DNA from: a virus
Taxonomy: Duplodnaviria; Caudoviricetes
Direction: 5' to 3' (one strand)
DNA: 64,000 nt
IMG/VR virus record: IMGVR_UViG_3300010429_001449
This document shows, piece after piece, positions 35,644-45,207 of the stretch (the stretch's first letter is position 1; every line of letters starts with the position of its first letter). Position numbers and translations under genes: made by a program. The notes beneath the pieces are model-generated. The model did no database searches. It was not told where the DNA came from and saw only the letters and a list, made by a program, of their open reading frames with translations.

Positions 35644-36462
35644 CTACTCGCAGGTAACAACGCCTACCGACAAATCGTCCGCGTTGAACTTTTGATTATG
35701 GGCGTACTCTCGCAACACGCGCAGACAACGACGCTTGACAAATTCGCCCTGTGTACCCTTGAAGGCGAACAGATCGCGCACAACGTCAGCGATATCAATA
35801 GGCTGTTGGCGCACACAAGTACCGTTTACCTCCCGCGAATAGAATGACATAGCACCGTCAGAGAGCACGCCCACAGCGTCAAACTCGTCGAGAGAATACA
35901 TATAGGTGTGCGTCCTGAACGCATCCTTGTCGTCAAAGACAGTCAGTCCGCCGCTCTCGTCATACAAAGTGCGGCAGTATTGTCCGGGGAACTCGGCTTC
36001 ATAGCCCGCTTCAACTTCCGGGGATAGCGCATAACGCGGGTACCACGGCGCTCCGGACGTATAAACCAGCGTCATCCACGAAAGTTCGCCTGTGCGCTTG
36101 CGGCACACAATCACGCCGTCGCCGGAACTGCCGACCAGAAAATGAGTCTTCGTGAGAGCAATGGTCAGCAGCGTAGAAGAGAGTACGTCCTGCGGCAAAT
36201 CCATAGCCTTTCGGTACGTATCTGCGACGGTAACAGCGCGAATAGTCATGTCCTCCCGCGCAAGCTCAACGGGATAAACGAAATGCTCTGCGGCTTTGCC
36301 GAGAAGCAATGCGCCTATGTGTGAGTCAGGAACAGACGAGCATCCGTCGCACACCAAAGTATATGCTTTCTGCTGCGTCTCTTGACAAGACGCGGCGGAG
36401 AAGTCCTGACAGAAATGATGCGTCGAGCCTATCGCGTGATAATGGTCTGCGTTGATCTTCAC
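35644..36462 (-). CDS. PP2C-type protein phosphatase
   Basis: GSTH..CQD, VCDGCSS, GDG, LSDG, DDLS. Confidence 0.85.
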   Translation of the reverse strand: MKINADHYHAIGSTHHFCQDFSAASCQETQQKAYTLVCDGCSSVPDSHIGALLLGKAAEHFVYPVELAREDMTIRAVTVADTYRKAMDLPQDVLSSTLLTIALTKTHFLVGSSGDGVIVCRKRTGELSWMTLVYTSGAPWYPRYALSPEVEAGYEAEFPGQYCRTLYDESGGLTVFDDKDAFRTHTYMYSLDEFDAVGVLSDGAMSFYSREVNGTCVRQQPIDIADVVRDLFAFKGTQGEFVKRRCLRVLREYAHNQKFNADDLSVGVVTCE

Positions 36463-36548
36463 TTACACTCCTGTTCCGATGCCTTGAAGGAGACGTTGGC
36501 CTTGACGAAGAATGTCTTGACTGCGCCAGAATTGTTCATCGTGGCCTC

Positions 36549-37745
36549 TTAGCCCAAAGGCTGCTTATCGAAAGTCCACTGAGCAACTCTGACCGCATCA
36601 CGATCTCCGCAGACCTTACCCACATCGTCACTGAGTTTGACGACCGGAACACCGGCGCATTTGGTCATCTTGATGACCATATTGAGCGCGGGAGACCCAG
36701 GAATATCATTGGTCAAATGTGTCCCAATCCCGAAAACGGGTTTGATGTAACCGTTGAAATGCTTCTGTAGAGCAAGCACCTTCTCTACGTTGAGGTTGTC
36801 ACTGAATACGACCGTCTTTGTCTGCGGGTCCAACCCGAGCGTACGGTAATGCGCAATGACCTGCTCACCGTGATGAAACGGATCGCCGCTATCTTGACGA
36901 ACACCGTCGTACAACCGGGCCAGCGAAGCGTCGAAGTCGCCCAAGAAAGCCGCCGTTCCGTAAGTATCCGTCAAGGCAATGCCGAGAGCGCCCTTGAAAG
37001 TCTGCGCCCATCGCTTTAGCGCGAAACGATTGACGTGTCGAAGGCCATCCAAGGCGCTGCATCCCATGAACCATTCGTGCGCCATCGTGCCGATGGGACG
37101 CAACCCCAGCTCACGCGCCAAGAAGACGTTGGACGTGCCCAAGAAATTGCTGAGAGAGGCGGGAGTGCTCACTATGGCCTGAAACACGCCCTTGTGGATA
37201 TCAAAGCTCCGCCTCCGCCGTGTCCCAAAATCGGCCCACTGACAACGGGCCTCGCCGAGAGCGGCGGCTTTTCCTCGGGCAGCGCATCCTAGCTCACCGA
37301 ACGCAAGCCCGCCGGGAGTCTTGTCAGCGTCGTAATAACGGAAGTAAAGCTCGCTGAGCATTGCCAGCAGCGGCACTTCCCACAAGATCGTGCGCTCCCA
37401 CGGGCCGCGAATAGAAAGGCAAAGCGCACTGTCGATCACATCGGTACTGACCGTCGTCATAAAAACTTCGTCTGGATAGAAACGATACGCACGAAGATAG
37501 TTCAGATACGTCCGGCTGAGGTAAGGACAATGCGCCTCTAACCACGCATACTCAGCAAGACTGAGCGAGAAGTCGCGCATGTTACGCACTCCAGCAATAA
37601 GGTCTTCCAACAGCGAGTGCGTGACCGGCTTCATACCACCGCGACAGATGAATTCGTACTCGACTTCGACGCCGGGGAAGTGCTCAAGCACCGCCTGCTG
37701 CATTGTGAACTTGTAGAGGTCGTTGTCCAGAATGCCTTGTATCAT
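36549..37745 (-). CDS. pncB: nicotinate phosphoribosyltransferase
   Basis: DNDLYKFTMQQ, DFGTRRR, GTSN, GTMAHEW, GVRQDSGDP, FGIGT, KLSD. Confidence 0.95.
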   Translation of the reverse strand: MIQGILDNDLYKFTMQQAVLEHFPGVEVEYEFICRGGMKPVTHSLLEDLIAGVRNMRDFSLSLAEYAWLEAHCPYLSRTYLNYLRAYRFYPDEVFMTTVSTDVIDSALCLSIRGPWERTILWEVPLLAMLSELYFRYYDADKTPGGLAFGELGCAARGKAAALGEARCQWADFGTRRRRSFDIHKGVFQAIVSTPASLSNFLGTSNVFLARELGLRPIGTMAHEWFMGCSALDGLRHVNRFALKRWAQTFKGALGIALTDTYGTAAFLGDFDASLARLYDGVRQDSGDPFHHGEQVIAHYRTLGLDPQTKTVVFSDNLNVEKVLALQKHFNGYIKPVFGIGTHLTNDIPGSPALNMVIKMTKCAGVPVVKLSDDVGKVCGDRDAVRVAQWTFDKQPLG

Positions 37746-37766
37746 CGTGATCTCCTTACTACTGCT

Positions 37767-37794
37767 ATTATAACAGCACTATACGAATTGTCAA
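37767..37794 (-). promoter_or_regulatory. sigma70-type promoter
   Basis: TTGACA-16bp-TATAAT. Confidence 0.85.
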
Positions 37795-38158
37795 GGAGTA
37801 AAATAGGAAATTACACGCTCTGCGATTCTCTTTCCAATGTCTCGATACGGCGGGTGAGATCGTTGATTTTTGTTGCAGCAACAGCCGTATCGTCTGCCGA
37901 ACGCCAATCAGTGGTCACGCGCCCTGCTCCTTTGCCGCGAGTTTTCTGCGGCGATTGACTGCGCGACGCAACTCGTCTGACGCCTCGTCTACACAACCAT
38001 AAAACCCTGTGATCTTAATCACCACAAGACCGACACGGACGAACACGGCGTCATCCATATCGGCTGGAAAGTTGGGCGTCGCATCCGCCGGATAGACCAC
38101 ATCGATGGCTTCCAGAGGAATACGAAGCGCACCGTTCGCCAGCACGAGGCAACCGTAA

Positions 38159-38536
38159 TCAGTGGTCCAATGACGCATCTGACTGAGCCTTTCTCTCTTG
38201 ATATTCAGCGGGCGTCACGGAAGCGTTGGCGTGCTCCGAAGATGCCGCCTGCTCGCGGTAATAAGCATTAAAGATCACGGAATAGGCGTGTTCTGACGCA
38301 GCTACGCAGTAATTGTTGGCCATCCGCTCCTGAACACAAGTGCCGACCATCAGACCGGCCCCCGCCGCCAAAGCAACAAGCCCGCCGGTGATCTCTCCGG
38401 TAGCGGCAGCCGCCGCAAACACAGCGACAAGAAAAACCGTCGCGCACAGAAGCGATGTACGCCCCCGACGGAGCGAGTTTCGGAAGGGGGCCGTGTGTTC
38501 CTCAATGTACGCCTGTTTGTCTGGCAGGTCCATCAT
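38159..38536 (-). CDS. small membrane protein
   Basis: Two hydrophobic helices. Confidence 0.6.
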   Translation of the reverse strand: MMDLPDKQAYIEEHTAPFRNSLRRGRTSLLCATVFLVAVFAAAAATGEITGGLVALAAGAGLMVGTCVQERMANNYCVAASEHAYSVIFNAYYREQAASSEHANASVTPAEYQERKAQSDASLDH

Positions 38537-39030
38537 TCGTCTCCTTGATCAGGCGACTCTTGACACTCCTTCTCGGAAGGATGGGGAATCAGCATCGAAG
38601 GGTCGCCCTTGATTGTGTACAGGTATTTGCCTGTGGTTTGGTCGCGCCGTCTTGAGATGGAAAGGCCGTAGACTTCCCGCAGAAACTGACCGCGCTTCCA
38701 CTTAACGCGCACACTCTCATCCTGCGCCTCCCAGTGGATATGACGAACCTGATTCTCGCCTAGCCGCAACAGAATTGATATCAGCCTGTCGAACGTCTCC
38801 TCGCTGCTGTTCCCCGTCCACTGTAGTATTCCAAAGTCGGACAGAAGCTGTTCTATCTCGTACGCTCTACGGTCAAGGAGAACGCTCGTAGAACAATACG
38901 CTTGAAGAGCCGCGACTAAGCACAACTCACGAGTAATAACAACAGGAACCGGATGACCCTGGACGAAGTCGACTTCAATTGAATCCGGTCTAAGATAATG
39001 GCGACGCATTGATTGATCTCCTGTCGTCAC
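38533..39030 (-). CDS. hypothetical protein
   Basis: Coupled ORF. Confidence 0.6.
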   Translation of the reverse strand: MTTGDQSMRRHYLRPDSIEVDFVQGHPVPVVITRELCLVAALQAYCSTSVLLDRRAYEIEQLLSDFGILQWTGNSSEETFDRLISILLRLGENQVRHIHWEAQDESVRVKWKRGQFLREVYGLSISRRRDQTTGKYLYTIKGDPSMLIPHPSEKECQESPDQGDE

Positions 39031-39275
39031 TCGTCCTTGCTCGGCGCGACTTCAATGCCGAAGTGGTCTACGCACGCCTGCTCACCGATTTCGTTGAGCA
39101 GGTCTCCTTCTCCGACTGCGGCAATGATTTCTCGGATGACTTTGCCGCGTTCCCACGTAACGACTTCTTCCCAGAAATCAGAGAACGTCAACGTGACCTT
39201 CGCTGCTACGTCTGTTAACGTGACCTTCATTTCTACGTCTGTTTCGCCGCGCATACGCACCTGACCTTTCGAGAG

Positions 39276-39383
39276 AAAAAAGGCGGCTGGCCGGGCTTCC
39301 TACTGAGTCGTAACGCCCGGCGGAACTGCATCTCAGTCTGCAACACACGTTCCGTTTGCTATTCGCAGGGACGCAGCCGCCTT
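39276..39383 (-). ncRNA. structured intergenic RNA element ending in a U-tract
   Basis: AGGCGGCUG/CAGCCGCCU closing stem, two hairpins with complementary CUGAG/CUCAG segments. Confidence 0.5.
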
Positions 39384-39624
39384 AAGATCGCTTACGCCTT
39401 CCCGTACCGCCGCAAACAGGACAGTCGTGCATGGTATCCTGCTTTTTTGTGCGGCCCACAAGGATCATGCCCCGTCCGTTGCAACGCGGACACCACGACT
39501 CTAGCTCAGCAACGAGCGCGTCAAGATCGGATGAGTTTACGACCTCCCGCTCGTGATCTCCGCAAACAGATGCGTGTCTTGGGATCGCTTTAATCTTAGC
39601 GATCAAGTCTTTGAGTTCGCGCAT
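39382..39624 (-). CDS. small DnaJ-type Zn-finger protein
   Basis: CPRCNGRG...CPVCGGTG. Confidence 0.65.
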   Translation of the reverse strand: MRELKDLIAKIKAIPRHASVCGDHEREVVNSSDLDALVAELESWCPRCNGRGMILVGRTKKQDTMHDCPVCGGTGRRKRS

Positions 39625-40014
39625 CTCCGCTCCTTCTCGTCACCAGAAGACAGGCCGAGCTTGAAGTCGTTTATTTCTCGGATGCAGTCGCTGCAATCAA
39701 CAAGAGCAGCGTCTACGACTTCAAAATTACCGTCGTGTCCAATGAACACCCCGGCGGTAGAACAAAGGGCGAAAGCGGTTGGAAAGTCAGACATTCGCGT
39801 ATCGATGACTACCGCCGCGTGAACATGAGTAACGCCATGTATCTTCACAGCCCGGAGCATACAATCCTCCGTAAAACAGCTAACGGGGCACGTTCCCACT
39901 ATGCCTTTTCGCGCCCGCCCGACCCCGCGCAGAGAAGGAAGCTTGCCCGGGGCAAGCTATTCCCCACGCTAAGAAGTCGCACCTGTTCCCCAATGGGGCG
40001 CACCGTTGCTGACT

Positions 40015-40758
40015 TTAGAACGTCAACGACTGTGATGGTCCCCCGGTTCCCAACGCTTGGGACTGGGAGGATACCGACCGGCTGATGAAGTCGGCCAGCT
40101 TCGCCAGCGTCTTGGCGTCCGCATTTGCCAGTTCCACGTACTGAGTGAATCCGGCTTTCTGCTTGAACGTTGCGAGATGCGAAGACATTGTCGGGTCTTG
40201 GATGTTGACGCCCACGAGAATAGACACCAACGACTCCATTGACTCCGACGCGACGCACTGTTCCAGTGCCTTCTTGACTTCCGCAGTCCGGAATGTCGAT
40301 GCGTTGTCGTCGCCGTCAGTGATGACGATGACAATGCCGTTGACCTGGAAATCGTTCTTCGCCAAATCCTTGGCGTAGGTCAAGGCGCTCTGGACGGCGT
40401 TCTCTGAAGAGTCGTAGAGCGCGGTCATGCCTGCGCACTGATAAACGCCGTCGTAATCCTTCGGAGCGCACTGCTCCAGCAGCTTGAAGCCGTGAACTTC
40501 CCGCATCCGGCTGCCAAAGGCTACCAGACGCAGAAGAAGGTTGTCGGCCCGAGGACTCTTGCGGCACGCCTCAACAACCTCTTTCAGACACTTCTCCATG
40601 TCTGCCGCGAAAGCAGCGGTCGAACCGGACTCGTCGAGAACAACCGTGACGAGAGTGTACTCCGTGGCCTCAAGCGTATCGATCTTTGCCGCGCTGAAAC
40701 CGAAGTGCCCCGTGGGGTTCTTGTAGTCTTGCAGAGCGGCGCTTCCCAACCTCGGCAT
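40015..40758 (-). CDS. vWA-domain protein (TerY-like)
   Basis: VLDESGS, TALYD, VITDGDDN. Confidence 0.85.
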   Translation of the reverse strand: MPRLGSAALQDYKNPTGHFGFSAAKIDTLEATEYTLVTVVLDESGSTAAFAADMEKCLKEVVEACRKSPRADNLLLRLVAFGSRMREVHGFKLLEQCAPKDYDGVYQCAGMTALYDSSENAVQSALTYAKDLAKNDFQVNGIVIVITDGDDNASTFRTAEVKKALEQCVASESMESLVSILVGVNIQDPTMSSHLATFKQKAGFTQYVELANADAKTLAKLADFISRSVSSQSQALGTGGPSQSLTF

Positions 40759-40792
40759 GTAAAGCCTCCTTTAAGGCTGAAACGTCGGCTGA

Positions 40793-41599
40793 CTAGGCCA
40801 GGAACTCCTTGGTCGTGCTGACCTGCATCCCCTTGGCCGTCATATCCTTGATGAACTGCTCCTGCAGATGCTCGAAGCCGGGAACCGGACTCGTAGCATC
40901 AGTCAAAAGCACCAGTTTCTTGACGAAACTGCTGTCGGCGAAGTAGGTATCGGCGTCCCGCGCCGTGTTCGCCAGACAGTGACTTCCAGCCTCGCCCGCG
41001 AGCAGAATCACGTCGGCCTGAATGACTGTGTTGAGGAAGTCCGTGTTCAGACTCGTTGTGTGATCGTCGGGGTCCGGAACATCAGCCGTAATGGCTGAGT
41101 AGTGCTCGGTGTGGTAGTTGGACCCCTTCGTGACGTAATCGACGGCGGCAAATTCCTGCCGCTCCCACTCGCACAGCGCGTCGTACAAGGCCGGGAATAC
41201 GCCGTGACCCCACGAACCGATCAGGCAGTGCGGAGGCCATATGCACAACGGGTACTTGCCGTTGCGCTCCAACGTCTCCACGTACTCCTTCGCCCGCTTG
41301 CCCCAGCTTGGCCGATACGGAGTCCACACGCCGTCCTTAACGTCTTGGCTCGTGATGATGGTGAACGGAGCCGGATGCTCGCCGCGCTTGTTGCGCCAAT
41401 ACAACGGATGGGCTACGTGAACAGTGTGGTGGCTGTCCAACGTAACGTGAATATCGTCCACCTTCCCTGAAAGCCTGCGAATCATCTCGGCCAGACGCTG
41501 CATATCGGCGTCTGCGCCCTTGACCGCAAGCGTTCCCTTGGTCTGATCGCAGAAGTCATTCTGCGGATCAATTACGACCAGATGCACTTTCTTGGACAT
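40793..41599 (-). CDS. pncA: nicotinamidase/isochorismatase-family hydrolase
   Basis: IDPQNDFC, DSH, WPPHC, KG, EHYS, GEAGSHC. Confidence 0.85.
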   Translation of the reverse strand: MSKKVHLVVIDPQNDFCDQTKGTLAVKGADADMQRLAEMIRRLSGKVDDIHVTLDSHHTVHVAHPLYWRNKRGEHPAPFTIITSQDVKDGVWTPYRPSWGKRAKEYVETLERNGKYPLCIWPPHCLIGSWGHGVFPALYDALCEWERQEFAAVDYVTKGSNYHTEHYSAITADVPDPDDHTTSLNTDFLNTVIQADVILLAGEAGSHCLANTARDADTYFADSSFVKKLVLLTDATSPVPGFEHLQEQFIKDMTAKGMQVSTTKEFLA

Positions 41600-41655
41600 T
41601 TCTCGTGGCCTCCAAAGCCGGTAAGAACCTTCGCATCAACAACCTGTATGCTCCT

Positions 41656-41683
41656 AGTATAACAGCGGAGCGGAAATTGTCAA
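41656..41683 (-). promoter_or_regulatory. sigma70-type promoter
   Basis: TTGACA-16bp-TATACT. Confidence 0.85.
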
Positions 41684-41717
41684 GTCACTTTCGCACTTTT
41701 CCGGAGAAAGTGACGGT

Positions 41718-42960
41718 GTGACTGCTCCCACGAGTAAACTCGCGGGCTTCTAGGCCGAAGCCAAAGTGTGCAATCCCACACTTAAGATGTTTCGAGCCGC
41801 ATTCAAATCTCTTCCCAGAACCAATCCGCAATCTGAACAGCGGAATTCTCGCTCCGCGAGACTCAGCTTGTGAATCGCTCCGCAGGAAGAACAAGTCTGG
41901 GACGTATAAGCTGGATTCACCTTCACGACTGTCCTTCCGGCACTTTCAGCCTTGAAGCACAGATGCTCAACGAAGGTTCTCCACGCTACGTCCGCTATCG
42001 ACTTGCTCAACTTGAACGGCTTGCCATTAACCAACATCTTCTTCGTGTTGAGGTCTTCAACACACAGGACGCCGTAGGCGTCTACGAGCCTTCGGCTCGT
42101 TTGATGACAGAAATCCTTCCGCCTGTTCCCGATTCGCTCGTGAACGAGGGCTGCCGAATGTCTATTCTTGTCAGAAGGGGTCTTTGACTTCCTTCTCTGA
42201 ACCTGAGCAAGAGCTTGCTCATCTTGTTTGAAAAACCGAGGGTTCGGAACTGTCTCTCCGGTTGAAAGCGTAGCAAAACTGGAAACTCCGAGGTCGATTC
42301 CGACCGTGTCGTCGTTTTTGGGAAGTTGTTCCGGTTCAACGTCGGAGATGAAAGTAGCGTACCATTTCCCGGTAGCAGTACGGCTAATCGTCAATCGTTT
42401 TACAACGCCTTCGATTTGACGGTGAAGAACAATCGGGATATCCCCGACTTTGGAAAGATGAAGTTTATCCCCTTCAAGCCGGAATGATCCGTTGTTTTGC
42501 GGATGAGTGAATGAGTTGTACCAACCCTTTCCACGGAATCGGGGATAGCCGGGCTTTTCCCCCGCCTTGACACGACGGAAGAAAGCTTTGAAAGCAAGAT
42601 CGAGTCGCATCCCTACTTCCTGGAGCGCCTGTGAATAAACTCCTTTGAGGAACGGTCTCTGTTGCTTGAGTGCAATAAGGCTGTTGTGTTGCTCGTACAA
42701 TCCCACTGATTTCTTGTTCTGTTCCCATTCCGTTTTCCGCTGGGCAAGGAAATGGTTGTACAGCCAACGGCACTCAGACAGAATGTTCACCATGCGGCTC
42801 TGTTGAGCCTTGCTCGGATACAACCGATACCTGAATGCTTTCATCATTATCCTCAGTATATCAGGTCTTATTATGCGTGTCAAGCAAAATTGCATAATAT
42901 TTTTCCTAACTCGCTCTCATCCCATGACTAAAGTCGTGGGCTTTCCCGCTCGTTTCGTAG
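41718..42960 (-). mobile_element. IS200/IS605-family element with tnpB only (IS1341-like); left boundary approximate
   Basis: Left hairpin AAGCCCACGACTTTAGTCATGGG; right hairpin AAGCCCGCGAGTTTACTCGTGGGAGCAGTCAC. Confidence 0.8.
41750..42847 (-). CDS. tnpB: RNA-guided endonuclease TnpB
   Basis: KAFRYRLYP, GIDLG, VEDL, TSQTCSSCG, CSDCG...RDLNAARNIL. Confidence 0.95.
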   Translation of the reverse strand: MMKAFRYRLYPSKAQQSRMVNILSECRWLYNHFLAQRKTEWEQNKKSVGLYEQHNSLIALKQQRPFLKGVYSQALQEVGMRLDLAFKAFFRRVKAGEKPGYPRFRGKGWYNSFTHPQNNGSFRLEGDKLHLSKVGDIPIVLHRQIEGVVKRLTISRTATGKWYATFISDVEPEQLPKNDDTVGIDLGVSSFATLSTGETVPNPRFFKQDEQALAQVQRRKSKTPSDKNRHSAALVHERIGNRRKDFCHQTSRRLVDAYGVLCVEDLNTKKMLVNGKPFKLSKSIADVAWRTFVEHLCFKAESAGRTVVKVNPAYTSQTCSSCGAIHKLSLAEREFRCSDCGLVLGRDLNAARNILSVGLHTLASA

Positions 42961-42977
42961 GCGAGTTGTTTTCCTGA

Positions 42978-43472
42978 TCATTCGCCATGTTTTGTTTCGA
43001 CCTCCGAAAAAGTGATTGTGTAAATCCAATCTTCTGCGATGTAAGCCGTTTGCAAGGCGGGTTTTTTGGCGAAGTCGTAGTAACGGCGTGATCCTTCCGG
43101 AGGTCTTCGGCGCGAAATCGTAAGACCGTAACGCGCCGTCAAGTATTCGCCCATCTTCCAATAGACAGGCAGCGTACCTCCGCCCGGACAGCGGCGGCGG
43201 CAACGACATACTCCAACCTTCGTTCGACAAAGGTGTTGCAAAAAACGACCCAATCCGGCGACGCCGGATCGCTTGAACGGAACAGGAAGATCGAGCGTAC
43301 TGTAAAGGTGTATCAGCGGACGGTCTATGCGCCTGTTTTCGTCCCCGTAAAGGAGACAGTCACGCTGCAACAGACCGATTATGACAAGCTCATCGGGAAC
43401 GAGCTTGTCTACAACACAACCATTTCGCGCATAACGATGCGGGTAAAAGACAGCGGGCGTAAAATCAGACAT
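42978..43472 (-). CDS. hypothetical protein
   Basis: Start MSDF overlapping the upstream gene. Confidence 0.55.
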   Translation of the reverse strand: MSDFTPAVFYPHRYARNGCVVDKLVPDELVIIGLLQRDCLLYGDENRRIDRPLIHLYSTLDLPVPFKRSGVAGLGRFLQHLCRTKVGVCRCRRRCPGGGTLPVYWKMGEYLTARYGLTISRRRPPEGSRRYYDFAKKPALQTAYIAEDWIYTITFSEVETKHGE

Positions 43473-44094
43473 GCTCTTTCTCCAAAGACAAAGGCCCACG
43501 GGCGGCATCGATTGATCCCCACACCTCGAAGACGCATCCATCGGTATTGCACGTCTCCCCGCCAAGTTTGCCCGGAAACTTACAGCGGTCAGCGTCGTAG
43601 TAAGGACAGGGGCGCGGCCACGCGCCTATGCCGCCCAAGACACGACAAAGTGTATCCCGAGTTTCTCGGTGCAAATGCGGCGTGATCTCAGGCAGATTCT
43701 TGCGGAGCCATGTCCAGTCGTGGAGATTGTCCCATTTCCCGGTATAAGCGCGACCCGCGCCCATCCAATCGGCAACCATCTCTCGGACAGCCCACTCAGG
43801 CATCGGAACAGGCTCGCCGTCAGGATAGGGCGGAGTACAACGGTTGTGCCCGGTACGAGGAATCCAGTACTCCCAGTGGTGCGGATTGTGGTTCTGATGC
43901 CGAACCCAACAACGGATAAAGCCGAGAGGGTCGTCGGCCTTTCCGAAGAATTGCCGCTGGTAGTGCGGAAGCTCCATCGGGGTCAGCTTCGACAGATCGT
44001 GGAGCAGCAATCGCCAGAACGGGATGCCGCCGACCTTCAGCCCGGCGAGAAGAACGAACCATTTGTGTTTGAGCGTCAACCAGAAATATTTCAC
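43465..44094 (-). CDS. HD-like DUF5662-type protein
   Basis: HDLSKL..E, H...NPHHWEYW, EMVADWMGA. Confidence 0.7.
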   Translation of the reverse strand: MKYFWLTLKHKWFVLLAGLKVGGIPFWRLLLHDLSKLTPMELPHYQRQFFGKADDPLGFIRCWVRHQNHNPHHWEYWIPRTGHNRCTPPYPDGEPVPMPEWAVREMVADWMGAGRAYTGKWDNLHDWTWLRKNLPEITPHLHRETRDTLCRVLGGIGAWPRPCPYYDADRCKFPGKLGGETCNTDGCVFEVWGSIDAARGPLSLEKEHV

Positions 44095-44115
44095 GGCAAG
44101 GCTCCTTTCCGCCTG

Positions 44116-44709
44116 TTACCGCGCACAAGCAAATCGAGCTTCTCTGCGCTGCTCCCTACGGCAAAAAGCCTCGCCCCAGCACATCTGGAAATCCGTGCGA
44201 CGACCGTACTTGCGCTTCAGACGGGACATTCCCGGAAGATTGTCGACGCACAAGTTGTCCCAGATGTCGTGATAGACGGCGTTGTAACGAACGCCCTTCG
44301 GCGGCTGCCATTCGTAAGCGTCGCCGTGAATGATCGTCAGCCTGTCGCCGAACATGGCTTCGTAGTGCGCCCGAACGAGCCGGAGTACGTCCTCGGACTT
44401 CTCGATGACGGTGATATGTCCGACCTCCGGCCTGTTTCCGAGCCGCTGGACAAGCAAGCCGAGACCTAGGCCGTTGATAAGGACGTTCCCTTTAGCCCGC
44501 CAGACAAACGGAGAAAGGTCTCTGGCCTCCGCAGGAGTGTCGGACATAATTACGTGCCCGCGCCGAGTCAGACGGGTATATTCGCCAGGCGGAACGCAGC
44601 GGCCTCGATACGAAAAGACGGAAAAGAACGAGTCATCCCTAGAGACTGTGAACCGTTCTACGACCCAGTCGCCGCTGACACCTACAGGAACAGTTACCTT
44701 TTCCGACAT
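44116..44709 (-). CDS. SAM-dependent methyltransferase, spermidine-synthase-like fold
   Basis: MSDTPAE, VLINGLGLG, VIEK, GDA, DIW. Confidence 0.75.
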   Translation of the reverse strand: MSEKVTVPVGVSGDWVVERFTVSRDDSFFSVFSYRGRCVPPGEYTRLTRRGHVIMSDTPAEARDLSPFVWRAKGNVLINGLGLGLLVQRLGNRPEVGHITVIEKSEDVLRLVRAHYEAMFGDRLTIIHGDAYEWQPPKGVRYNAVYHDIWDNLCVDNLPGMSRLKRKYGRRTDFQMCWGEAFCRREQRREARFACAR

Positions 44710-44720
44710 GATCAATCCTT

Positions 44721-45191
44721 TCAATCATCTGCAGAGATGCCGCCGCTGAACTTTTTCGGCTCAGGCACAGCAGCAATGTCCCGCCATGTTCTGCTCAAGT
44801 ACGAATGCTCTAACCGACGATGCTTCGGCGCAGGAGGTCTCCAAAGCTGTCGTCCGTCTTTGCCCACGACATCAATTACGAAAGAGCCGCGAGAGAAATA
44901 GTCCCATACCCATTCCTCGGCGGCATCCCGCGCTTCCGCAAGCGTTGGGTGAGACGGCGGCCACGGGCACGCAGTAGGCGTCGTAGCCAATTCCCATCTG
45001 CGATCCTGACGGTGGCGGCGCAGTTCAACCACTACAACCGGTTTCCCCGCGCTATCCACGATGCCGTACTCCCAACCAGACGGACAAAGATGCGCGTAGC
45101 TATGCGGAGCCGCATCGCTACCAATACGCTTGCGCCGCCACGGGAGTAGTTTCAGCGTGAGCTTGTATGGGTTTTGATAGCGGTCACTCAT
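44721..45191 (-). CDS. hypothetical protein
   Basis: ORF with AGGAG RBS. Confidence 0.6.
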   Translation of the reverse strand: MSDRYQNPYKLTLKLLPWRRKRIGSDAAPHSYAHLCPSGWEYGIVDSAGKPVVVVELRRHRQDRRWELATTPTACPWPPSHPTLAEARDAAEEWVWDYFSRGSFVIDVVGKDGRQLWRPPAPKHRRLEHSYLSRTWRDIAAVPEPKKFSGGISADD

Positions 45192-45207
45192 TTACGCAGT
45201 CTCCTGT

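Noticed and set aside
39276-39383. Twister or hammerhead ribozyme
   Set aside because: Core motifs are incomplete or in the wrong order
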